Assembly: GCA_963818475.1 (NCBI GenBank)
Contig: CAWFSF010000003.1
Coordinates: forward strand, 213,797-277,796
DNA from: Nitrospirota bacterium
Lineage (GTDB): Bacteria; Nitrospirota; UBA9217
Direction of reading: 5' to 3'
Length of the DNA: 64,000 bases
How positions within the stretch are numbered: the stretch's first letter is position 1; the number at the start of each line of letters is the position of its first letter. The notes beneath the pieces were generated by a model that saw only the letters and a list, made by a program, of their open reading frames with translations, did no database searches and was not told the origin of the DNA. Positions 51,923 to 63,599 of this stretch are shown piece by piece. The translations under genes were made by a program, and so were the position numbers.

Positions 51923-52468
51923 ATGAAAGAGGAACGCACACAGAGGAGAGGCTCGACCCTGACGACGGTTCTGGTGGGCGGTGCCCTGGGCGCCGGGTTG
52001 GCGCTCGTGCTGGCGCCGAAATCGGGAAAAGAGATCAGGAAAGACCTGAGGCGGGCCGCAGACAGGTTCTCACATGCCGTTGATATCGGCAAGGACCTCT
52101 ACGGAGAGGGCAAAGTGTTTGTGAGCAAAGCCGTTGATGCGACCAAGAAGGCCTACGTGGAGGAAAGGCCCCTTGAGCCCATAAACATGAGCAACGGAAG
52201 GAGCTCGCTCCTGGTGCCGATCCTGACGAGCAGTATCATCGGGGCGGGCATTGGGGCAGGCGTTGCGCTGCTGCTGGCGCCGAAGTCGGGAAGCGAGACC
52301 AGGGAAGACCTGAAGCGGTTCGCATCGAGCGCACGGGAAAGGGTTGTTTCCACCATTGACAAGGGCAAGGGAGTCTACGTGGCGGGCAAAGGTGCGATAA
52401 CCGAAGCCGTGGAAGCGGGCAAGAAAGCGTTCGTCGAAGGGAAGCATGAGATCGAGCATGCGGCGTAA
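51923..52468 (+). CDS. Tandem YtxH-domain protein
   Basis: GAG.AL.LAPKSG.E.R.DL occurs twice. Confidence 0.85.
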   Translation: MKEERTQRRGSTLTTVLVGGALGAGLALVLAPKSGKEIRKDLRRAADRFSHAVDIGKDLYGEGKVFVSKAVDATKKAYVEERPLEPINMSNGRSSLLVPILTSSIIGAGIGAGVALLLAPKSGSETREDLKRFASSARERVVSTIDKGKGVYVAGKGAITEAVEAGKKAFVEGKHEIEHAA

Positions 52469-52518
52469 AGCAAGAGCGGTTTCGTAAGAGCTTTTGGGAC
52501 CAATGAGGTCAGATCTTT

Positions 52519-52651
52519 ACGGGCTGTTGCCCAAACCCAATTTTGTCTCCCTGAACGTAGTGAAGGGTCTCCCATCACGTTGTAAATACGAGATTCTTCG
52601 CTGCGCTCAGAATGACATTTTAGTCGTAAAGTCATTTGAGCAACAACCCGT
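52519..52651. mobile_element. MITE-like element, family A, copy 2
   Basis: acgggctgttgcccaaa ... tttgagcaacaacccgt. Confidence 0.85.
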
Positions 52652-52679
52652 TTATCGGCAACATGGTTGTCAAGATCAA

Positions 52680-52810
52680 ACGGGCTGTTGCCCAAACCCA
52701 ATTTTGTCTCCCTGAACGTAGTGAAGGTCTCTCATCACGTTGTAAATACGAGATTCTTCGCTGCGCTCAGAATGAATTTTAGTCGTAAAGTCATTTGAGC
52801 AATAGCCCGT
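52680..52810. mobile_element. MITE-like element, family A, copy 3 (direct repeat of copy 2)
   Basis: Nearly identical to 52519-52651, separated by 28 bp. Confidence 0.85.
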
Positions 52811-52885
52811 AAAGATTTGACCCCGTGATGTGATGCTCTTGCGAAATCGTCTTCGCCCGGAATAGACCGTCCCCTTACCTCTCGC

Positions 52886-54859
52886 CTATTTGAATTGCGC
52901 TTTGTAAATCTGGGTCATATCGTGATCATCGAACTGCTGCCATACGACGATTGCGCCGGTATGGTTCATGGCTATCGCAGAATCATTAGGGAAGCCTCCG
53001 CCGGCCGGGCCCTGGCTTGTCAGGCCCGCTAGATTGAGCGGCGCCGACCATGTTTCGTTCTGATATCTGGTTATGTAAGGATAAAAATCGGACCCCTGGA
53101 ATTCCCACCACATGATGATGCTGTTGCCGCGGCTGTCCATCGCAACCTGGGCATAATAATCATTCTGCCCGTCAGGGCTGATATGGTCGCTCAACCCGGC
53201 AGGATGATGCCAGCTCCCGTTCCGGTATTCACTCTTGAATATGCGATAGTTTATGTAGTCAGTCTGATGCCAGACGATCAGAGCATTGCCGTTGTCATCC
53301 ATGGCCACACTCGGGTCATACGCCCAGGAACTTCCCGGGCTGAAGGCATCCGTTGCCAGAGACGGCACCGCGCTCCAGGAGCCGTTCCGGTATTCCCGTT
53401 TGTACAGCCGTTGAGCTGACCCATCGGACTGGCCCCATGCGATGATCGCATTTCCGTTGTTGTCCATCGCGACTGCCGGCCCCCAGGCGTTCGTGCCGGC
53501 TGCGCTTTCACGGTCGGTTATTCCTGCAGGGTGCGTCCAGGCCCCGCTCCGGTATTCGCTCTTGTAAATCTGGTAGTTGGTTCCGTCGTTCTGGCTCCAG
53601 ACGATGATTGCATCACCCTTGCTCATCACTACCCGGGGCCACTGCCCGGCATCCCGGCCGGCCAGACTGACATGGTCCTGAAGACCGGCCGGATGCCTCC
53701 ACGCGCCGTTGCGATACTGGCTCAGGTAGATCTGGTAATTCGTACCGTCGGACTGCCACCAGACGATAATTGCATTCCCCTCGTCATCCATCGCCACTTG
53801 CTGACATACTGCGCTGTTGCTGAAAGGGTTGATATGGTCGTTCTCATCCCGGGGATGAGTCCAGACGCCGTCCCGGTACTCGCTTTTATAAATATTGCCG
53901 CTTCCTACCCATACGACGATCGCGTTTCCGTTGTTATCCATCGCGACTTTCGGATTCTGCGCCTGCAGTCCGTAAATACTGATATGGTCCTCCAGGCCGG
54001 CCGGATGGTGCCATTGTCCGTTTCGGTATTCGCTCAGGTACACTTGATAATAATAACCGTAGGGCTGATTCCATGCGATGATACTATTTCCCGAGTCGTC
54101 ACTCGCGACACTCGGAGCGAAGGCAGCCACGCCGCCGATACTGACGTGATCGCCGGGCGACGACGGGTATGTCCCGCTGTTTGCATCATCCGGGTCGTCT
54201 TCATCATTTCCCGTGTCCGGATCGGCAACGTCCTGCGGCGTCACGGACACTTCGGCCGACTCGGCGCTCTCTCTGGTGTTGTGCTTGACAGCGGTAACGA
54301 TATAATAATACGGCATCTCATTGGTGAGACCGGTATGGCTGTAAGGAGAGATTGCCCCGGATATCCGTGTCCCGTTCTCCTTGTCGACCCCCGCACTGTT
54401 CGACCAGTATACATTGTACGATGCCGCACCGGGCACGGCTTCCCACTGAATGGTCGCCGATCGGTTTCCTCCGGAGGCCGACACATTCTGAGGCACACCG
54501 GGAACGTGCCGTCTCGGAGTTCCGCAAACTTCTGCTGAGGGATCGCTCTCGTCGTCATTCTCGGAAGTGACAACGTAACAATAAACTGACCCGTTCGTCA
54601 GGCCGGCATCGCGGTAGGGCGAGCCGGCATTCGGAATTTTATTGCCTGCCCTGGTGACCCCGGGTGAACTGTCATAATAAATGTTGTAGGATGTTGCGCC
54701 GTCCACGGAAGCCCAGCTTACGACTAATTCGCTGTCGCCCGCGGTAACGGACAGATGGGTCGGCGATGCAAGCTTTGCTCCTCCGGCATTGCCGCTGGAA
54801 CAGGCAGTGACAAAACAAACAGAGAGAACGAGGACGAATAACGCATAAAGTTTTTTCAT
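52886..54859 (-). CDS. Surface lipoprotein with two FN3 domains and a repeat beta-propeller-like domain
   Basis: Lipobox VTAC; two W..V.GA.SYN.Y...GLTN...Y repeats; eight ~52-aa AMD..GNAII.W...YKSEYRNG.W repeats. Confidence 0.85.
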   Translation of the reverse strand: MKKLYALFVLVLSVCFVTACSSGNAGGAKLASPTHLSVTAGDSELVVSWASVDGATSYNIYYDSSPGVTRAGNKIPNAGSPYRDAGLTNGSVYCYVVTSENDDESDPSAEVCGTPRRHVPGVPQNVSASGGNRSATIQWEAVPGAASYNVYWSNSAGVDKENGTRISGAISPYSHTGLTNEMPYYYIVTAVKHNTRESAESAEVSVTPQDVADPDTGNDEDDPDDANSGTYPSSPGDHVSIGGVAAFAPSVASDDSGNSIIAWNQPYGYYYQVYLSEYRNGQWHHPAGLEDHISIYGLQAQNPKVAMDNNGNAIVVWVGSGNIYKSEYRDGVWTHPRDENDHINPFSNSAVCQQVAMDDEGNAIIVWWQSDGTNYQIYLSQYRNGAWRHPAGLQDHVSLAGRDAGQWPRVVMSKGDAIIVWSQNDGTNYQIYKSEYRSGAWTHPAGITDRESAAGTNAWGPAVAMDNNGNAIIAWGQSDGSAQRLYKREYRNGSWSAVPSLATDAFSPGSSWAYDPSVAMDDNGNALIVWHQTDYINYRIFKSEYRNGSWHHPAGLSDHISPDGQNDYYAQVAMDSRGNSIIMWWEFQGSDFYPYITRYQNETWSAPLNLAGLTSQGPAGGGFPNDSAIAMNHTGAIVVWQQFDDHDMTQIYKAQFK

Positions 54860-55013
54860 TCTTGCCGCCTTCTCGTCAGTATGAGATTAAAAAAATCCTC
54901 AGCACCATTGAGTCACTGTTCGCGTTATCAGAGAACAATCTCGAAAAAAACCGTCCGCATTCCTGCCGCAACTAATGCAAACGAATTAAATATTGTTACA
55001 TCCAGGAAAGTCC

Positions 55014-55061
55014 CCCCTCGCCCTACCCTCTCCCCGCTGGGGAGAGGGCAAAGGTGAGGGG
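55014..55061. repeat. REP-like palindrome, copy 2
   Basis: cccctcgccctaccctctcccc-gct-ggggagagggcaaaggtgagggg. Confidence 0.8.
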
Positions 55062-55092
55062 CAAATCAGTAACGAATCTAAATGCGTTTGTA

Positions 55093-56655
55093 TTAATAGC
55101 CCCCTCGAACGCAGCGGGAGTAATTCGTATGCGTTTTGTTGATGAAGTCAACCGTGCCGGTCACGAAATTCACGTTCCACGCAATGCCCGGGAAGGAATC
55201 CCTGGTAGTGGACGACCAGTGCCGGTAGGCCGACGCATTCGGGAACAGGGTCGTGTCGATCGCGGGAAAGACATTATATTCAACGATCGAAAGCAGTTCC
55301 TTCAGGTTCGGGAGGCGCCAGTCGGAATACCCCGCCAGTGAAAGTCCCTCGCAGTGCGTCAGCGCCTCTTCCCATGATCGTGCGGTTCCATCGTCAGCCT
55401 GCTCCCACATCAGCGTCGTGATATCGTCCGTTACCGTCCCGTCCTGGTTGTCCGTGAACACGATCCATTCCGGGCCGCCCCGCACACAGCGAACGGGATA
55501 GGTTCTTGTCGAGTGATTATTGGCCGTCATTGCGTTGCTTCCGTCGTCAAAAACCACCTCCAGCCAGGTGGTCGTGTCGGTCATATAGGCAGTGGACGAC
55601 CAGTAGCTCGTTGTTTTCGTATTCGGGAAATACGTGCTGTCGATCGCGGGGCTTGACGAACCGTAGTTCACAATGCCGATCAGTTCCTTATTGTCCGGCA
55701 GGCGCCAGTCCGTATATCCGGCGAGGGCAAGATCGCCGCAATAGGCCACTGCAGCGTTCCAATCCATGGTCGATCCATCATCCTGCTGCTGCCACATGAG
55801 CCCGGTAACGTTGTCGGTGACCGTCCCGTTCCCGTTGCCGGTATAGGAAGGAGTATTGATCGCATAGTCCGCGTCCTCGCCGAACGTTGCGGTGTAATCG
55901 GTCGTCTGGCCGGTGTCGGGAACGCGCGAGGGGACAAGAGTTATTGCAGTCACAAAAACACTGTCCGGATAGCTGTCGGTATGCCCGTCGTTTACGAGCA
56001 GTCGGATCTCGTAGGTCCCCTCCTTATCCGCGGTAAAGCTCGGATAAAGGCCGGTCACGGTCGAAAGACTCGCCAGGCTGCTGTCCGGTTTCGAGACGAA
56101 CGTCCAGGTGCAGGTCAGGGCATCAGCTTCGAAATCGGAGCTCAGGCTGCCGTCCAGGTTAACCACGTCTCCGGTCAGGACATACTGGTCATAACCGGCA
56201 TCCGCAACAGGCGAATAATTGTTTCCCGAATACTGATAAGCGGTAACGGTCTTCAGGTCGGGCGCACTGTCGATCTGCCCGTCGTTTACCACAAGTTCGA
56301 TCACATACGTGCCGGCGCTATCCGCAGTAAAGGTCGGGTAAAGGTCATGCGCGCCTGAAAGAGCTGCCGTGCTTCCCTCCGGCTTGGCGGTGATCGTCCA
56401 GGTGTATGTCAGAGCATCTCCGTCCGGATCATAACTCCCGGTTCCAGATAACCCAAGTACTGTCCCGGCCTCCACGGAGTCATCCCATCCGGCATTCGCT
56501 ACCGGAGCGGAATTCGTGCTGCCGACCGGATTGCCCGAACCGGTCGGGTTCGATCCTCGCCTGTGGTCCGGAGAGCATCCGAAGAGTAGAAGCAAACAGA
56601 CAATACTCCAAGCGCGAATCACGATTGTATGCTTTCCCTTGTTCTGTCCAGGCAT
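55093..56655 (-). CDS. Lipoprotein with two PKD-like domains and two DUF1566 (Lcl) domains
   Basis: Lipobox LFGC; PVA.AG.D...S.D.D...W repeats; GTVTD..T.LMW, DWRLP..KEL, WSST and RCVRGG each occur twice. Confidence 0.85.
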   Translation of the reverse strand: MPGQNKGKHTIVIRAWSIVCLLLLFGCSPDHRRGSNPTGSGNPVGSTNSAPVANAGWDDSVEAGTVLGLSGTGSYDPDGDALTYTWTITAKPEGSTAALSGAHDLYPTFTADSAGTYVIELVVNDGQIDSAPDLKTVTAYQYSGNNYSPVADAGYDQYVLTGDVVNLDGSLSSDFEADALTCTWTFVSKPDSSLASLSTVTGLYPSFTADKEGTYEIRLLVNDGHTDSYPDSVFVTAITLVPSRVPDTGQTTDYTATFGEDADYAINTPSYTGNGNGTVTDNVTGLMWQQQDDGSTMDWNAAVAYCGDLALAGYTDWRLPDNKELIGIVNYGSSSPAIDSTYFPNTKTTSYWSSTAYMTDTTTWLEVVFDDGSNAMTANNHSTRTYPVRCVRGGPEWIVFTDNQDGTVTDDITTLMWEQADDGTARSWEEALTHCEGLSLAGYSDWRLPNLKELLSIVEYNVFPAIDTTLFPNASAYRHWSSTTRDSFPGIAWNVNFVTGTVDFINKTHTNYSRCVRGGY

Positions 56656-56763
56656 GCTCTCTCCTGAAAACTTAAGTACTAGCATAATTATAACTATTAT
56701 CTGCGGCTATTTCAATAGGAATATATGGTATGAAGGGGTATTTTTGAGGAATGGGAAATGGAT

Positions 56764-57040
56764 TCATTTGTAAACTTCATCGTGGCTCCCGATATCAAGA
56801 AGGATGATCTCCTTTTTTGTGATGATAACGGTCAGGGTAATACGATAGCTGTCGGTAATGCTGACTGCCTGGATGCCGGTTTGCTTACCGCCGAGATGGT
56901 GATAGACGAGATGAGGTTGAAAGGGGTCTTTTTCCAGATCGCGCAGAATGGCGGCAGACCTTCTTTTTTATATCAGGGTGGCGCTTGGTGAATTTATTTG
57001 CCGCACGCGTGAAGTGCGCCGTCCATACAAGGGTGTACAT
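56764..57040 (-). CDS. RelE/YafQ-like mRNA interferase toxin with one frameshift near 56960; absent from the ORF track
   Basis: Manual translation MYTLVWTAHFTRAANKFTKRHPDIKKK / AAILRDLEKDPFQPHL..H.LGG...SITDSYRI...LLDIGSHDEVYK*. Confidence 0.8.
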
Positions 57041-57043
57041 AGC

Positions 57044-57307
57044 TCAGTCTTCCAACCCCAGTTCCCTGATCAGGTCCTTCGCGCTCCCCCGTTTTACCCG
57101 CCCCGCTTTGACGTCTTCCAGAGATGCGCGTACACGGGCTGTGTAGGCCTCGTCTTCCGCCTCGATGAGGTCTCGATAACGCTGTTCGGAAAGCACGACG
57201 TACCGGGGCTGGTTGTTCTTGATCACATGGACAGGCCCCTCTTTCAGCGCCTCATCCACTGCCGAAATCCCTCTTTTTTTGATGTCCTGGGCCGCAATTG
57301 CGTTCAT
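57044..57307 (-). CDS. Phd/YefM-family antitoxin
   Basis: GPVHVIKNNQPRYVVLSEQRY; stop lies 3 nt before the toxin ATG. Confidence 0.85.
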   Translation of the reverse strand: MNAIAAQDIKKRGISAVDEALKEGPVHVIKNNQPRYVVLSEQRYRDLIEAEDEAYTARVRASLEDVKAGRVKRGSAKDLIRELGLED

Positions 57308-57322
57308 TAAAGTTACTCCTTT

Positions 57323-57365
57323 CGGTACTTATTATGGTACCGATATAATACCATATAACAGTACC
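57323..57365. promoter_or_regulatory. Putative toxin-antitoxin operator
   Basis: Repeated GTAC-centred boxes (ggtact, ggtacc, agtacc) directly upstream of the antitoxin. Confidence 0.45.
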
Positions 57366-57388
57366 TATAACAACCCAATTATTGGCTA

Positions 57389-57428
57389 CGCAGCAAGCTG
57401 CGGGGAGTGCGCGCTCTCCTGGATTCAA
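57389..57428. repeat. Small double hairpin resembling an IS200/IS605-type or MITE end
   Basis: cgcagc-aa-gctgcg followed by ggagtgcgcgctctcc and ttcaa; single copy, no transposase. Confidence 0.3.
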
Positions 57429-57943
57429 GGGGAACACAACGGACGACCCATGTTTAGAATGCTGCTCTACCTAATCGCGCTCTACAAGCAGATCGTTCAT
57501 GAGCGGGCAATGTCAAATAGAAAGACCTGGCCCCGTCGTCTTTGCTTAGGGTTAGGAAAACCACGAGACCTGATTGGTAATCCGTCCCACCCTTTATTAC
57601 GATAGCGTTATCAGCATCTTTGCTGCCCATACCGCGAGCCATCTTGGGGCTGGTTAACAACCATAAGACTTGTACAAACTCCTGGACACGGCATGGAACC
57701 GAAGATTTTCTGGTCCGCCATAAGGCGGAAAGGGTCATGGATAAAGAGCTTCACCAATGACCTTAATCCCGATGGGTGACTGGTGCAGTGAAGACTGACA
57801 CCGAAACCAATGAAACTGCGGCAATGGTAAGGATGAAGATAACGACAAGGCTCGACGAGAAACGTTCCGTTTCTCGTCACAAGATAGCTGTTTTCGCTTG
57901 ACGGTGCCCTTTAAATGGGTGACCCTATAGGTTCCTGCCGCGA

Positions 57944-60215
<2,272 letters not shown>

Positions 60216-60319
60216 TTATTGATTGGCTGCCCAAAAATTTCGTAGGTCCGCTCCGGGGACGTGCGGGGTTGGGGTAAAGATTTGAAACGGGTCCTTTGGG
60301 TTCCCCATGCGAAAATTTA

Positions 60320-60475
60320 GCCAGGCGACCGAGTCCGAGGGTTAAACATTTCGGACTGTCTGAGCCCGCAGGGCGAGTTTCCGAAATGTACCGAGGACGA
60401 CCGAGCCTGGCGTTAAGAATTTCCGCCGGGTGCCCTTCTTTGGGTCACCTTGCTTGGGCACGCAAGAAAGGTGAC
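60320..60475. ncRNA. Candidate structured RNA or repeat element
   Basis: Nested stems gccaggc/gcctggc, gtcc/ggac, acatttcgga/tccgaaatgt and gccc/gggc, then gtcacctt/aaggtgac enclosing cttg/caag. Confidence 0.5.
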
Positions 60476-60601
60476 AGAGAAACCGCTCCGTCGCGGTTAA
60501 TCAGCCCGCACGTTTTCGGCGGCAATCTTTACATAAAAGAGCACAATTAGGAGTGATTCCTACTTGAAATAACTTTAGACGTGGCAGGGCCATTTGTCAA
60601 A

Positions 60602-60741
60602 CTTGACAGATTCGTAAAAAGTCCCTTTTTTTGCCACATAAGTCACATAAGACTCAAAAATAATCTTCGATTTTTGAAAGCCTTACTTTTGCGCTTTATG
60701 TGCATTATGTGGCCAACCTGACTTCTTACGAGTTCATCAAG
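60602..60741. mobile_element. MITE-like element, family B, enclosing a 9-bp periodic hairpin
   Basis: Imperfect 22-bp TIRs cttgacagattcgtaaaaagtc / gacttcttacgagttcatcaag; internal gccacataagtcacataag ... tttatgtgcattatgtggc. Confidence 0.7.
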
Positions 60742-60846
60742 CTTTGTTCCATGGAATTTGATTGGATAACGGAACTTCGGAGGGTCAGGGAAGGTCAGGT
60801 ATTGAATCCGGGAGCGAGCGAAGTGAGCAAAACAGGGGTCGTGGGC

Positions 60847-61734
60847 CTAGAGGCCCCCGATAGGTCCTCCGGCGCGCAGCACAAAATAGAGTGCTCCGGA
60901 AAAGAGCATGCCCAGCAGGACGCCGAAAACCTCAAGCCAGAGCAGGTGCGACCGTATATTCTCCGCAATGATGTCGCGCACCCTCGACGGAGCATACGTC
61001 TCGAGCTTGTCCGCGACCATGCTTTGTATATCAAGCTTGTCGAAGAACAGCTGCGCGATGGATTTTTCCGTTTGATAATGGCGGAGGACAAGTTCGTTGT
61101 TCGGCCGGAACAGGAAATCCTCAAGCGTACCGACCTTCTCAAGGGTCCTGTCGACCATCTCCTTAGACACCTGCAGCCGGTCAATTCTCCCGCGAAGCTC
61201 CCCGACGATCGCGTCGGTCATCTCGTCATATTCCTTGATGCGCGTGACGTTCAGGAACCTTCCGAGAAACCCGAGCCTGGCCTTGAGCGCATCGCGGATC
61301 TCATCATGGATCGGCTGCGATCGCAGATAATCGCGAACGTCGCCGCGGAACTCGTCGATAATGCTATTCATGATCTCCCCGGCTTTATCGGCATTGACCG
61401 GGGCGAGCAGCTTTTTCATTTCCGCCTGGAGCATTTCACTGTTCACCAGATGGGTCTCCACCGTCCGTGCGAGGGAGCGTACGATATCCTTGTGTTTTTT
61501 GAGCAGGACGCCGGACCCCGGCAGATACCATTTCTTTTCAAAGAGCATCGTAATGGCGATCGTGTTCGTGATGCCGCCGATGAACCCGCCCAGCAGTATC
61601 TGGATCACAAGATCCTGGTACGGAAAAGCCTTGCCGGAAAGCACCGCTGCCAGCGCTGCCACGAGGCAGGCGAATACGACAAAGATCAGCCAGCGTGCCA
61701 TGTGGTCGGTTATCCGTTGTTTTTTGTTTTGCAT
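60847..61734 (-). CDS. DUF445-family membrane protein
   Basis: GGFIGGITNTIAITMLF, L.WLEVFGVLLG and a helical central region. Confidence 0.8.
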   Translation of the reverse strand: MQNKKQRITDHMARWLIFVVFACLVAALAAVLSGKAFPYQDLVIQILLGGFIGGITNTIAITMLFEKKWYLPGSGVLLKKHKDIVRSLARTVETHLVNSEMLQAEMKKLLAPVNADKAGEIMNSIIDEFRGDVRDYLRSQPIHDEIRDALKARLGFLGRFLNVTRIKEYDEMTDAIVGELRGRIDRLQVSKEMVDRTLEKVGTLEDFLFRPNNELVLRHYQTEKSIAQLFFDKLDIQSMVADKLETYAPSRVRDIIAENIRSHLLWLEVFGVLLGMLFSGALYFVLRAGGPIGGL

Positions 61735-61971
61735 GATGCACCGGTTCTCTTTGGTGCTGCGCTTCCTTCGCGGACTCGAAAGCTCTTTACCTGCTCTTTA
61801 AAGAACGTGGTCCGCTCTTCAAGACAACAATTGATTACCGTGATCTTTGGTTCCCGGTCCGGTTCATACCCGCTCTTTTTCGCTTAACAAGATCTTCGAT
61901 GGATGATTTCATAAGTGTTTGAACCGTTGTTAATTGAATAGCTGCAAATACAAACTAAAATAGCGGCATCT

Positions 61972-62005
61972 CTTATTTTAGATTTTGCGCGAAATCTAAA
62001 ATAAG
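61972..62005. repeat. Perfect AT-rich inverted repeat
   Basis: cttattttagattt-tgcgcg-aaatctaaaataag. Confidence 0.75.
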
Positions 62006-62045
62006 GCAATGGCTTCCGCTCCGCCTGATCAGCCAGGTCAACCGT

Positions 62046-62839
62046 TCAGGCCAATTTAACGGTCCCCTTGCACTGTGGATAGTCCGCGCAACCCCAGAAT
62101 TGCGAGCCTGCATTGCTGCCCTTCTTCGCGGTTCGCAGCACCATCAGGCCTTTGCAGAGCGGACAGGTAGGGGCTTTGTAACCTCTACGATCCGGCTGAT
62201 CCGGATCCGTCCGATCTTTTTTTCGTTTTTCCAACCTCGCGGTCTCCAGTTGCTCTGAGTACCCGCCACCTTCAACGAACTGCTGCTCCAGTCCGCCAAT
62301 CTGCTGATCAAGCAGATAGTTGGCCTGATGGATCAAGCAAATGATCGCGTTGGCAACCACGGCAGGGTCTTTGCTGCCAAGCCACCGGGAATAAGCTTCG
62401 CCATCTGCCTGATCTGACCGATCAGTCGAATCGATCCTCTTCCCCACTGCCCGCACTTCCAGCGCCTGCGGATCGTCCTTGTCCCATTGCCGAAGACCGC
62501 GCTGGCGCAAAAAATCCTCATAGTCCAGGAGCAGTTCGTCGAGGCTGGCCCGGGCAACATTGATCAGCCGCAGTTCTGTCTGCGAGGACGTGGCCGTTGC
62601 CCTGGCTGCCTTCGGCGATGTTCTGACGACTGCTCCGCGCGCTGGACCATCTGGTCTACGGTGCGTGAGCGCTTGTCCATAAAGCGGTCGCAGAACGAGA
62701 CGGTCGCGTCGTAGATCACGGTCGTCGTCTGAAAGGATCTGAGTTTTCGGTAACCGCCGCTCGGCCGAATCCTCATTTTCCTTTTCTCTTCGCCCGATCC
62801 ATCGGATCCGGTCGCTCCGTCTTTCTTTTCTGCTGTCAT
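62046..62839 (-). CDS. Four-helix-bundle + suffix domain + topoisomerase-type C4 zinc ribbon, with indels near 62600-62645
   Basis: GGYRKLRSFQ..RTVDQMVQ, then ARASLDELLLDYEDF, GGYSEQL and CPLC...FWGCADYPQC. Confidence 0.85.
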
Positions 62840-63006
62840 GGTGCACCCATCAACCCTATTTTTGCGGTAAACAGATACAGATTCTTAGTTGTGCCAGGCG
62901 GCCTTTTAGCCTTTCACCAGCTTAAAATTGATTTGGTATCGGTAGAAGACGTTCGACGCTGCTGCCAGTGCTCGCCTGAGTTTTGCATCGTCTTCTAAGG
63001 CGATAA

Positions 63007-63561
63007 TCACACCTTTTCAGGGATCTTCATCGTTCTATGCTGGATAAACCGCGAAAGAATCATGACAACAAATGAAGGCGCCATGACCCAGAGAAACTCG
63101 CTTTTCAGGACGACCAGCCCCCTGAGCGAGAAAAAGCGCGCCGGACTGATGGGAGAAACTTCTATGGCGTGCCAGGGCAGGAAATACCTGATATTGCTGA
63201 AGGGCGAGAAAAAAGCAACGCCCAGCCCTCCGTTGGTCATTGCGTCGAGGACGTCATGCAGCAAAGCTGATAAGAAAAATGAGGCCGCGAGTAACAGGCG
63301 AATCTTCGTTGACGGTTCTTTCTTCGTGAACAGCGAAAAGAGCAGCGCAAGAAGCACGGCAAAAAGCACACTGTGCGTAAAACCCCGATGGCCCAGCCAA
63401 TGCCCGTAAGGAATGCCGAGTTCGAAACCGATCCCGTCGAGGTCCGGAGCCACAGCGCAAACGGCGCATATGACCGCATTCCGCACGGAATAACTTTTCT
63501 GCTGCGTAAGGGCGTTAACGGCAAGCCCGGATACTGCATGACCAAGGAAGGTAGGCATCAT
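63007..63561 (-). CDS. Inner-membrane metal-dependent hydrolase (YdjM/YbcI family)
   Basis: MPTFLGH, APDLD, HRGFTHS and LHDVLDAMTNGG. Confidence 0.9.
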   Translation of the reverse strand: MMPTFLGHAVSGLAVNALTQQKSYSVRNAVICAVCAVAPDLDGIGFELGIPYGHWLGHRGFTHSVLFAVLLALLFSLFTKKEPSTKIRLLLAASFFLSALLHDVLDAMTNGGLGVAFFSPFSNIRYFLPWHAIEVSPISPARFFSLRGLVVLKSEFLWVMAPSFVVMILSRFIQHRTMKIPEKV

Positions 63562-63599
63562 CGTCACGTTGCCATCGAAGCTGAATGCAACAAAAGAGA

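Noticed and set aside
52519-52810. Repeat-spacer-repeat resembling a CRISPR array
   Set aside because: The repeats are ~132 bp with terminal inverted repeats, there are only two units, a dispersed copy exists at 8635, and no cas genes are present.
57450-57900. Short ORFs between the TA module and katG
   Set aside because: No recognisable motifs and inconsistent frames; possibly a decayed gene, but a call cannot be supported.
60560-60580. PerR/Fur-like box upstream of katG
   Set aside because: Only a weak AT-rich partial palindrome, over 400 bp from the start codon.
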